Below, piece after piece: positions 1 through 8,086 of a stretch of 64,000 bases of DNA. Under the pieces are notes generated by a model, which made no database searches, had not been told where the DNA came from, and saw only the letters and a program-made list of their open reading frames with translations. Where the stretch lies: the NCBI GenBank assembly GCA_028865345.1, contig JAGWKL010000006.1:2724-66723 (forward strand), in the 5' to 3' direction. The position numbers and the translations under genes are program-made. Each line of letters starts with the position of its first letter. The first letter of the stretch is position 1. Origin of the DNA: Candidatus Omnitrophota bacterium (GTDB lineage Bacteria > Omnitrophota > Gorgyraeia > Zapsychrales > Fredricksoniimonadaceae).

Positions 1-48
1 AAGACCAAACCTTTCCGTAGTTTTCTTAAATCGATCGGCAAGGGTTGA
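1..48 (+). CDS. 3' end of probable antitoxin (partial, ...KTKPFRSFLKSIGKG*)
   Basis: Frame 1 is open from the window edge to TGA at 46-48, directly before the RelE-like toxin, as in type II TA pairs. Confidence 0.55.
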   Translation, partial: KTKPFRSFLKSIGKG

Positions 49-51
49 TTG

Positions 52-306
52 ATGAAATATGCCGTTGAGATAACTTCCAGCGCTCAGCGTCAGTTTAAGA
101 AGCTGCCAGAATCAATTCAAGAAAGTCTCACCCCTAAAATCCTATCGTTAGAAGAGAATCCGCGACCGGTTGGTACAAAAAAGTTACAAGCTTCGGACTA
201 TTATCGTATCAGGGTTGGGAATTATCGGGTCATTTATTCCATTAATGACAAGGCATGTTTGGTTAAAATATTGGATTTAGGCCATCGTAAGGACATTTAC
301 CGCTAA
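52..306 (+). CDS. relE: RelE/ParE-family type II toxin
   Basis: 84 aa, basic; L..NPRP.G.KKL...YRIRVGNYRVIY.I.D....V.ILDLGHRKDIY pattern. Confidence 0.9.
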   Translation: MKYAVEITSSAQRQFKKLPESIQESLTPKILSLEENPRPVGTKKLQASDYYRIRVGNYRVIYSINDKACLVKILDLGHRKDIYR

Positions 307-307
307 T

Positions 308-441
308 TTTGGTGGTGGGTTTGGTGGTGAAACGCCACAATAGCATCGAGCCAATAGCCTTTCCGGCCGGGGTTAGTTTTATCCTTGCCACGGCCGGCCG
401 GGAGTGGTATCGTAAAATCATCAAATCCTCCAAAATCCTCC
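308..441. repeat. Two short tandem direct-repeat pairs around a GC-rich inverted repeat (possible att/arm-site remnant)
   Basis: TTTGGTGGTG at 308-317 and 320-329; AAATCCTCC at 423-431 and 433-441; CCGGCCGG palindromes near 363 and 393 in between. Confidence 0.4.
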
Positions 442-1346
442 ATATACGCAAGAAGAAATGCTGCCGGTGCGGCAAGCCTGTTGCAAATGACCGTTCAATA
501 TATTGCCCGACATGTTCCAGGTTTGCCTTTCGCATGAAGGTCAGACGGTATCCGCCGGAGGTCGTTAAAGCGATTTGGGCGTATATCAAAAAATACGGTT
601 ATGTCTGCTATTACACGGGGATGCTGCTTAACATGACCGATCCTGAAAGCCCGTGGTTTTGCGTTTTTGACCATTGGGCGCCCCATGATCCAACCAAGAT
701 CGTCATCACCTGCGCGTTAATCAACGGCATGAAAACAGACCTCGCCGAAAAAGAGTTTTGGTCCATCGTCAGGGCGCTGGCCAACTTTAAGCGGCATCAT
801 ATCCCGCTAAGAAAAAGAAGGCTTGAGTTTTGGGACCATGATTACGCCCTCGCAGGGCCTGAATCAGCCCTTAGCAGCCCGATTTTGCCGACGCGTGGGA
901 CGGGGATATGCGACATTTGCGGCAAGCGGCTTAAAAGCATAATGTTCACCTATTGCCCCAGATGCGCCAAAATTGCCGTCCGGCTCAAAAGCGACGGCAA
1001 ACATTATTCGCCCCAGGCCGTGGAAGAGGTCATCAGCTATATGCGTACAAAAGGCTTTGTCTGTTATTTCACCGGCATGCGCCTGAACATCACCGATCCG
1101 ACAAGCCCGTGGTATCTCGTCTTCAACCGTTTAAGGCCCGGAGATAACAGCAAAATCGTGCCCACCTTTGCCTTGTTAAGCGTCATGAAGTTGGACTTGA
1201 CCGAAGATGAATTTTGGTATTACGTCGAGGCGCTGACTGACTATAAAGACAAAGGCACAAAGATCCGCAAAAGAACACCGGTATGCTGGAACAGACGTTA
1301 CCCGATCGAGGAGGAGTTAAAAGGGTATACTGAAACTGATCTTTAG
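309..1346 (+). CDS. Hypothetical protein with two tandem CxxC..CxxC plus HNH-like modules; start uncertain
   Basis: Repeat 1 CRCG..YCPTC..VCYYTG.LL..FDH..IVITCALINGMK; repeat 2 CDICG..YCPRC..VCYFTG.RL..FNR..IVPTFALLSVMK. Confidence 0.7.
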   Translation: MVVGLVVKRHNSIEPIAFPAGVSFILATAGREWYRKIIKSSKILHIRKKKCCRCGKPVANDRSIYCPTCSRFAFRMKVRRYPPEVVKAIWAYIKKYGYVCYYTGMLLNMTDPESPWFCVFDHWAPHDPTKIVITCALINGMKTDLAEKEFWSIVRALANFKRHHIPLRKRRLEFWDHDYALAGPESALSSPILPTRGTGICDICGKRLKSIMFTYCPRCAKIAVRLKSDGKHYSPQAVEEVISYMRTKGFVCYFTGMRLNITDPTSPWYLVFNRLRPGDNSKIVPTFALLSVMKLDLTEDEFWYYVEALTDYKDKGTKIRKRTPVCWNRRYPIEEELKGYTETDL

Positions 1347-1373
1347 AACAGATAGAAGACTTAAGGATGCGTT

Positions 1374-2558
1374 CTAAGCATATTGACCTGCCGCAAAACC
1401 GGATGCCCAAGCCCATTGAAAGTTAAATCCTCCCAAATGTCCGGTGACATCCACGACTTCACCAATAAAATATAATCCCGGGATCTTTTTGGTTTCCATT
1501 GTCTTTGAGGAGAGTTCATCCGTATCGATCCCCCCAACGGTGACTTCCGCCTTGGCGTAGCCTTCAGTCCCTTCGGGAATAATTTCCCAATTGTTAAGAC
1601 GGTTTCCTGTTTTTTGCAGTTGATCCAGGGAATAGTTGTTTAAGGGTTTGTTCTCCAGAAAATGATCGCACAGGACATCAGCCAGGCGTAACGGGAGATA
1701 ATCCTTAAGAAAGTTTTTCAAAGAAACCGTTGCTGTCCGGCGGGCTTTGAGAACCGCGGACATATCATGATCAGGGACAAGATTGATGGACAGGGGTTTC
1801 TTAGGCTCCCAATAAGACGATATCTGTAAAATGGCCGGGCCGCTTAAGCCTTTATGAGTGAATAAAATATTCTCGCGAAAATTCCTGTTTTCAAAACTGA
1901 CGAGAGCATCAAGGGAAACGCCGGAAAGGTCTTTAAAGATCCTCAGGTCTTTTTCCTGAAGGGTCAGGGGCACAAGACCCGGTTTGCAGGGGTTGACCTT
2001 GATATCAAATTTTTGGGCGATCTGATAACCCATATTTGTGGCCCCCAAGCTTGGAACAGAAAGCCCTCCGGTGGCGATGACCAGACTTTGAGACCGAAGT
2101 TCCTGCTGAGGGGTGGTAAGGGAAAAAAAGTCTTTGGGTGCAATGTCCATGACCTTGGCCCCAAGAAAGATATCCACGCCGTATCGGAGGCATTCTTTTT
2201 TAAGCAATCCGATGATATCCTGGGCGCTTTTGTCACAGAAAAGCTGGCCCAGTTTCTTTTCGTGAAAAGGGATTTTATGATTTTCGACCATCTTGCAGAA
2301 TTCTTGAGGGCCAAAGCGTGCCAATGCCGACTTGGCAAAATGCGGATTCTTGGAAATGAAGTTGCCGGCGGTTGTGTGAAGGTTGGTGAAATTGCAGCGG
2401 CCGCCGCCGGAAATACGGATCTTCTTGCCCACAGCTTCATTGTGCTCCAGGAGAAGAACGGACCGGCCCCGTTTGCCGGCTTCTATGGCGCACATGAGGC
2501 CGGCCGCCCCTGCGCCGATAATGATAACATCCTTTTGGATAGGACTGTCTTTTCCCAT
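1374..2558 (-). CDS. HI0933/YhiN (BaiN-like) NAD(P)/FAD-dependent oxidoreductase
   Basis: IIGAGAAG, GKKIRISGGGRCNFTN, LFTHKGLSGP, GEVVDVTGHLGGFNFQWAWASG. Confidence 0.93.
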   Translation of the reverse strand: MGKDSPIQKDVIIIGAGAAGLMCAIEAGKRGRSVLLLEHNEAVGKKIRISGGGRCNFTNLHTTAGNFISKNPHFAKSALARFGPQEFCKMVENHKIPFHEKKLGQLFCDKSAQDIIGLLKKECLRYGVDIFLGAKVMDIAPKDFFSLTTPQQELRSQSLVIATGGLSVPSLGATNMGYQIAQKFDIKVNPCKPGLVPLTLQEKDLRIFKDLSGVSLDALVSFENRNFRENILFTHKGLSGPAILQISSYWEPKKPLSINLVPDHDMSAVLKARRTATVSLKNFLKDYLPLRLADVLCDHFLENKPLNNYSLDQLQKTGNRLNNWEIIPEGTEGYAKAEVTVGGIDTDELSSKTMETKKIPGLYFIGEVVDVTGHLGGFNFQWAWASGFAAGQYA

Positions 2559-2751
2559 GTAAGATATTGTGGCACAAGTTCATTTATAACAAATACAAAG
2601 ATTTATAAAATATTTTTTAGGGGGCGGCGTTGGTTGTGAGACCGTGTCATGGCAATGAGCAAACGGCCTTTTTGGCCGGGGACATTGATGACATAACTAT
2701 GTGTAATGGAACAACTTGCAAGTTGGTCTTATTGGGATTAAAATAAAATAT

Positions 2752-3606
2752 ATGAAAGAATCGACATTTAGAATTCTGTTGATCGTCGGCTGCATTTTTA
2801 TGACGCTCCTCATCGCCTTTTTGAATTACCTTGCCGGCTATGAATGGGGATTCGCGATATTTTATCTTGTGCCGATCTGCGTGGCATCATGGTATGGCGA
2901 TTTGTTACTTGGTGTTTTTACGGTGTTTTGTTCTACGACGTTCTGGCTGTTTGCAGAAATAGCAACGGGGCATCACTATAGCTTTTTTTTGATCCCGTAT
3001 TGGAACGCCTGCATGCGGGGGCTTCTTTTTCTTATTATCAGCATCCTCATCCACCATTTAAAAAAATCCCTATTAAAGGAAAAATTATTTGCCCGTAAAG
3101 ATTTTTTGACCTCAGCCGCCAATACTAAAGCTTTTTATGAGTCGGCGGAAATGGAAATCATACGTTCCCAGAGGTTTAAGCGCCCTTTTTGCCTTGCCTA
3201 TATCGATTGCGATAATTTTAAACAAATTAATGATCGTTTGGGGCATTCCGCAGGGGATAATTTTCTAAAAGAAATGGTGCTTGTGATGAATAAAAATGTC
3301 CGTAAGACGGATACAGTGGCCCGTTTGGGGGGAGATGAATTTGCCATACTATTTTCGGAAATGCCTGGAAACGTCGCCAAAGAAATTATCATAAGGATCG
3401 GTAGGGAGCTAAAAGAGGCGGGCAAGGTAAAAAAATGGCAGGCGACATTCAGCATAGGGCTGATCTCTTTTGCGATCGCCCCTTCCAGTGTTGATGAGGC
3501 TTTAAAAAAGGCAGATGGGTTGATGTATGATGCTAAAAAAAGCGGCAAGAATCGAATGATGTTAGAACTCTCCCCCAATAGCAGGGAAGAAGTTGTTCTG
3601 GGCTGA
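2752..3606 (+). CDS. Membrane-bound diguanylate cyclase (about 4 TM helices plus GGDEF)
   Basis: Hydrophobic N-terminus; D.LT, IDCDNFK.IND..GH..GD, RKTD I-site, RLGGDEF. Confidence 0.92.
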   Translation: MKESTFRILLIVGCIFMTLLIAFLNYLAGYEWGFAIFYLVPICVASWYGDLLLGVFTVFCSTTFWLFAEIATGHHYSFFLIPYWNACMRGLLFLIISILIHHLKKSLLKEKLFARKDFLTSAANTKAFYESAEMEIIRSQRFKRPFCLAYIDCDNFKQINDRLGHSAGDNFLKEMVLVMNKNVRKTDTVARLGGDEFAILFSEMPGNVAKEIIIRIGRELKEAGKVKKWQATFSIGLISFAIAPSSVDEALKKADGLMYDAKKSGKNRMMLELSPNSREEVVLG

Positions 3607-3621
3607 TCCCTGATGGATCCG

Positions 3622-4314
3622 TTAACGCAGGGCCCGCCCGGCAGGCCTGAGCATCTTTTTCCGGTTAAAAAAGATGAGCAGGATACCGGCAAAAAGGCAA
3701 AGCAGTATCGTCGGCGGCTCCGGGGTCGCTATCACGAGCTGGGCCTGGGCCGGCGCGCCGTTGGTATTGTACATTTGAAGGATATCAACGCCGTAGGCGC
3801 CGTTGCTGGGGGCAAACGCCGCCGAACTTCCGCCCAGATCGGTGATGGCAAGATTGTAATAGGGGTCGCCGGATATGGACGGAAAGCCGCCAAGGATCGT
3901 TTGGCCTTGAAACGCCCAGAGGGCGGACTGAAGCTCGCCGTTGTCGGCCTTTCGGGTGGCGGCATCCGTATAATCGTAGCCGGACAGGGTGCCGGTGGCA
4001 AATTGGTCATAGAGAAACGCCGTGCCCATGGTCAGCTTCTGGCCGGTGCTTTCCGTGTCGGTCAGAACATAGGAATATTTAGTGCCGGGATAAAAGTCCA
4101 CGGTTGATTGGACGCAGAAGGTTTCAAACCCTCCATTCAGGATCGCTGACGGCGCATAGTTGTCCAGGAAATTGTTGGGGGTCGTGTGGGCGGTGAACTC
4201 GCCGCCGTCCCTATAGGAATAGATGTTTTGATCCAATATAACGTTTTGCGCCCTGGCCGTCGAAAGTCCCGCCAGCAACATGCCTGCTGCTAAAAGTATT
4301 TTGTTGATTTTCAT
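3622..4314 (-). CDS. PEP-CTERM-type exported surface protein
   Basis: Signal peptide (ARA|Q); C-terminal TPEPPT, hydrophobic helix, then basic RKK. Confidence 0.85.
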   Translation of the reverse strand: MKINKILLAAGMLLAGLSTARAQNVILDQNIYSYRDGGEFTAHTTPNNFLDNYAPSAILNGGFETFCVQSTVDFYPGTKYSYVLTDTESTGQKLTMGTAFLYDQFATGTLSGYDYTDAATRKADNGELQSALWAFQGQTILGGFPSISGDPYYNLAITDLGGSSAAFAPSNGAYGVDILQMYNTNGAPAQAQLVIATPEPPTILLCLFAGILLIFFNRKKMLRPAGRALR

Positions 4315-4603
4315 AATTATCCTTTTGCGTCTAAGTTGGTTACGCCGGTTGACAAATGTGTATAGGCCTTAATTTAAAGGCTCAATAAACTTAGAATAAC
4401 GGCTGCGAAAACGCTTTCTTCCAAGGGTATGGTGAAGGTATAACATGTTTTTGATGAAAATGCCAATTTATTTTTTGACGCCGCTTATCCGAATTTTTAA
4501 CCGGACCATGGAAACGGCGGTCCTGGATGAACACAGATCCGCCGGTTGTTTTATATCCCCCTTATCAGGTATACTTTAAGCAGGTGAAGGTGGACCTTAG
4601 ACT

Positions 4604-5173
4604 ATGGGCAGCCAGTTGCTCAAATTCAAGATTCTGACCATTCCCCATCTTCTGCTTTTCTTTGTCTTCTTTTCAGCCCCTTGTTTTGCCGGCGAAGTCG
4701 ATATGGACCTCTTCGGATTCACCTATCATTTGCATAAAAAGGGCGCCGTACGCAACGCCCCTTTAAAGCTGGATGAAAAAGGTTTCGCGGTGTTCAATCC
4801 CGGCCTGGGCCTGGGGTATGATTTCCGCCCCGACCGGCACACCGACGGCTTCTCGGCCGTGGTGCACGGCGGGATCTTTGAAAACTGCAACAATCATCCG
4901 TTCACTTTCGCCGGAGCAGGGGCCAGGTACAGAAAATATTTCAACAAAACGACCTTTGTGGAGACCAATGTCCTTGGCGTGTTGACGTACGGCAATGACT
5001 CGGACGACAAAGATTATAAATTGACGCCCACCCCGTATGTGAATATCGGCGTCGGCCATGATTACGGCAGATATTCGGTCACGTATTATGTCAGCTATAT
5101 CCCCAAAGGCAGCGGCGGGGGCATCACCAAAAGCACGGACATGCTGTTTTTCAGCGCCGCGGTGTCGTTTTAG
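4604..5173 (+). CDS. Probable small outer-membrane beta-barrel protein
   Basis: Signal peptide, alternating aromatic strands (NPGLGLGYDF), terminal Phe (AAVSF). Confidence 0.6.
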   Translation: MGSQLLKFKILTIPHLLLFFVFFSAPCFAGEVDMDLFGFTYHLHKKGAVRNAPLKLDEKGFAVFNPGLGLGYDFRPDRHTDGFSAVVHGGIFENCNNHPFTFAGAGARYRKYFNKTTFVETNVLGVLTYGNDSDDKDYKLTPTPYVNIGVGHDYGRYSVTYYVSYIPKGSGGGITKSTDMLFFSAAVSF

Positions 5174-5225
5174 AAAATTTATACTAAACCCTTGATTTGG
5201 AGCTGCCGGTCTTTAAGATACATCT

Positions 5226-6806
5226 ATGGGGCGGATCATTTTCCTGCTGGCTTCACTTTTGGTGATCGTCATTAATGGTGTTCTTGCCCCTGTTTTTCCC
5301 CGCATCTGGTATTCCATGTTTTTTTTCGGCCCGGTGATCCTTGTGGGGTTGATGGACATGTTCCAGCAACACCATGCCATCCGCCGCAATTTTCCCATCA
5401 TCGGCAATTTCAGGTATCTGCTGGAGTTTTTCCGTCCGGAAATCAACCAGTATTTCGTCGAATCCAACACTTCGGGGACCCCGTTCAACCGGCTGGACCG
5501 TTCCCTGGTCTATCAGCGGGCCAAGGGCCAGCTGGATACCCTGCCCTTCGGGACGCAGAAGAATGTTTATGAAGTCGGCTATGAATGGGTGACCCATTCC
5601 ATCATGCCGGCGCATGTCGACCCCGCGTCGCTGCGGGTGGTGATCGGGGCTTCCCGCAGCAAGCCGTATCAGGCGAGCATCTTTAATATCGGCGCCATGA
5701 GTTTCGGCTCATTGAGCAAGAACGCGGTGATGGCCCTTAATCAAGGGGCCCGCATGGGAGGCTTTGCCCAAAACACCGGCGAGGGAGGCCTGACCTCCTA
5801 CCACCGGCAGGGGGGCGATTTGATCTGGCAGGTCGGCACGGGGTATTTCGGCTGCCGCGACCATGACGGTAAATTCTCGCCGGAGCGTTTCGCTGAAAAC
5901 GCCTCCCTGCCCGAAGTCAAAATGATAGAGCTTAAAATTTCCCAGGGGGCCAAGCCCGGCCATGGAGGGATTTTGCCCGCGGAGAAGGTCACCGAGGAGA
6001 TCGCCCGGTTCCGCGGGGTCGAAAAGGGCAAAAGCGTGATATCCCCGCCCGGCCACTCGGCCTTCTCGACACCTTTGGAGCTCGTGGGCTTTATTGAACG
6101 GTTGAGGGAACTTTCCGGCGGAAAGCCGGTGGGGTTCAAGATATGCGTCGGCAAGCCGCGGGAATTCATGGCCATTTGCAAGGCCATGATCAAAACCGGC
6201 ATCACGCCGGATTTCATCACCGTCGACGGCGGCGAAGGAGGGACCGGGGCGGCGCCGCTGGAGTTTTCCAATTATGTCGGCTCTCCGCTGAATGAGGGCC
6301 TGGTGTTTGTCCATAACGCTCTGGTCGGGTTTGCCCTGCGCGGCAAGGTCAGGATCATTTCGTCGGGCAAGATCAATTCGGGCTTCGGCATCATCAAGCA
6401 CATGGTCATGGGCGCCGACCTGTGCTATTCTTCGCGGGGCATGATGCTTGCCCTGGGCTGCATCCAGGCCCTGAAATGCAACACCAACCATTGCCCAACG
6501 GGCGTTGCCACCCAGGACGCCTCCCTGGTCCGCGGCCTGGTGGTGGCCCAGAAAAATAAGCGGGTGGCCAATTTTCATAAGGCGACGGTCAAAAGTTTTG
6601 CCGAGATCTTGGGAGCGATGGGTTTTCACGAGCCCAAACAATTAAGGCCCAGGCATTTGATGCGGCGCATCTCGCTTTCCCAGGTCAAAGACTACAGCGA
6701 GATCTATCCTTTTATCGAAGAGGGGGCTTTGCTTAAAGATCCTATCCCTCCGGCATTTGAAAGGTCCTATCGGGCGTCCTGCGCTGAAACATTTGAGCAT
6801 GTTTGA
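5226..6806 (+). CDS. FMN-binding glutamate synthase family protein (YerD-like)
   Basis: AMSFGSLS, NTGEGG, ELKISQGAKPGHGGILP, DGGEGGTGAAP, CIQALKCNTNHCPTGVATQ; N-terminal TMs. Confidence 0.92.
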   Translation: MGRIIFLLASLLVIVINGVLAPVFPRIWYSMFFFGPVILVGLMDMFQQHHAIRRNFPIIGNFRYLLEFFRPEINQYFVESNTSGTPFNRLDRSLVYQRAKGQLDTLPFGTQKNVYEVGYEWVTHSIMPAHVDPASLRVVIGASRSKPYQASIFNIGAMSFGSLSKNAVMALNQGARMGGFAQNTGEGGLTSYHRQGGDLIWQVGTGYFGCRDHDGKFSPERFAENASLPEVKMIELKISQGAKPGHGGILPAEKVTEEIARFRGVEKGKSVISPPGHSAFSTPLELVGFIERLRELSGGKPVGFKICVGKPREFMAICKAMIKTGITPDFITVDGGEGGTGAAPLEFSNYVGSPLNEGLVFVHNALVGFALRGKVRIISSGKINSGFGIIKHMVMGADLCYSSRGMMLALGCIQALKCNTNHCPTGVATQDASLVRGLVVAQKNKRVANFHKATVKSFAEILGAMGFHEPKQLRPRHLMRRISLSQVKDYSEIYPFIEEGALLKDPIPPAFERSYRASCAETFEHV

Positions 6807-6853
6807 ATCTTTTTTTGATTGCGGCGTTAATTTTTGCTATTATTAGGATCTAT

Positions 6854-7411
6854 ATGGCCAGGACCGTTGCTTTATTGATAATGAGTTTTTGCTTTGCTTC
6901 GATGGCAGGGGCGGAGACGATCGTGCTTGACTCCGGCCAAACAGTGGAAGGACAGATCATCGCGCGCAACGCTATGAACGTGCTGGTCAATGTCCACGGC
7001 ACCCCTGAAACTTTTTATTGGGGGGAGGTCGAATCCATCGACGGGCAAAGCGTCGATCTCCATCTGCCGCAACCCGCGCAAACCCCCGCGGCGCAAGAAG
7101 GGACCGGGACGGTTCAAGACAAAAAGGCGGTGGCCCCGCATCATGGGGATGCGGAAAAACGCAAGCACCATCCGGCCTCTCCTATAGCGAAAGCGTCGGT
7201 ACCGGCAAAAGCAGCCGTACCGGCGGCACCGGCGATACCGCCGGCAGCGCTGCAGGCTCTCCATCCTGAATCACCAACGCCCAACGTCATTCCCACAACG
7301 GACGGCGGCATCATTGTTGTCACGCATGACAAGATCACAAAATACGACAAAGATCTGCGTGTGATCAAGGAAGTGGACTTAAATAATCATACTTCCCAAG
7401 GTTTAAAATAA
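6854..7411 (+). CDS. Secreted hypothetical protein with N-terminal I.L..G..V.G.I beta module and Pro/Ala linker
   Basis: Signal peptide AGA|ET; AGGA RBS before ATG 6854. Confidence 0.7.
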   Translation: MARTVALLIMSFCFASMAGAETIVLDSGQTVEGQIIARNAMNVLVNVHGTPETFYWGEVESIDGQSVDLHLPQPAQTPAAQEGTGTVQDKKAVAPHHGDAEKRKHHPASPIAKASVPAKAAVPAAPAIPPAALQALHPESPTPNVIPTTDGGIIVVTHDKITKYDKDLRVIKEVDLNNHTSQGLK

Positions 7412-7460
7412 GCCTTCTTGCGATCTTCCCAAGTCTATAATCAGTAGAAAAGCGCTCACC

Positions 7461-7489
7461 TTGACACCCAATATGGCGGATGTTATACT
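7461..7489 (+). promoter_or_regulatory. Sigma70 promoter with extended -10
   Basis: TTGACA 7461-7466, 17-nt spacer, TG-N-TATACT 7484-7489. Confidence 0.75.
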
Positions 7490-7575
7490 TTGCCCCGGTG
7501 TCCCAGAGGATGGGACAGGTATCGAAAAAAGACGGTAATATTTATGAATATATGAAAATTTCCATAAACTATTTT

Positions 7576-8073
7576 ATGACAATAGGTTATGTGATCATTA
7601 GAAGGATTGCCCTGGTTTTTATCTTGTGCTTTTGGGGTGCCGTACCTTCTTTTGCCCAAACTTTGAGCCAAAATTATATAGATGGGATGAGGTCTTTAAC
7701 CGTTAATACCTTGATACAATACGGCCAACTGCTCTATGACCGGGGTGACCTTGACGGCGCCCGGGCCGTTTTTGACCACGTTTTAACCTTTAACAGCCAT
7801 CAGGCCCAGGCATTGCAGTACCTTAAGGAGATGGGTTATACGCCTCATGTTTCCGTGGTTCCCAAGCCTAAGCCGCCGGCACCTGAAATCCTTCCCCAAG
7901 TTGTCGTGAATGGTCCCAAAATTGTGCCGGTAGCCGAATCAGATAAACGGATCGTGGACGCGGTGAACGTTAAGGATATTGTTAGTTTAAAGAAGGCCAT
8001 TGAGGCCCAGAAGCGGATCATAGGACAATTGAAAGCCCAGGTCAGGGAAATGAGGGATGGCCTCGCTTCTTAA
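7576..8073 (+). CDS. Secreted protein with a TPR-like repeat and coiled-coil tail (start uncertain)
   Basis: Signal peptide SFA|Q; YGQLLYDRGDLDGARAVFDHVL..N..H.QA TPR pattern. Confidence 0.7.
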   Translation: MTIGYVIIRRIALVFILCFWGAVPSFAQTLSQNYIDGMRSLTVNTLIQYGQLLYDRGDLDGARAVFDHVLTFNSHQAQALQYLKEMGYTPHVSVVPKPKPPAPEILPQVVVNGPKIVPVAESDKRIVDAVNVKDIVSLKKAIEAQKRIIGQLKAQVREMRDGLAS

Positions 8074-8086
8074 AAAGGTGTGCCCC

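Noticed and set aside
263-421. Minus-strand 52-aa ORF preceded by GGAGG
   Set aside because: The GGAGG belongs to the AAATCCTCC tandem repeat; the ORF overlaps relE antisense and has no recognisable features
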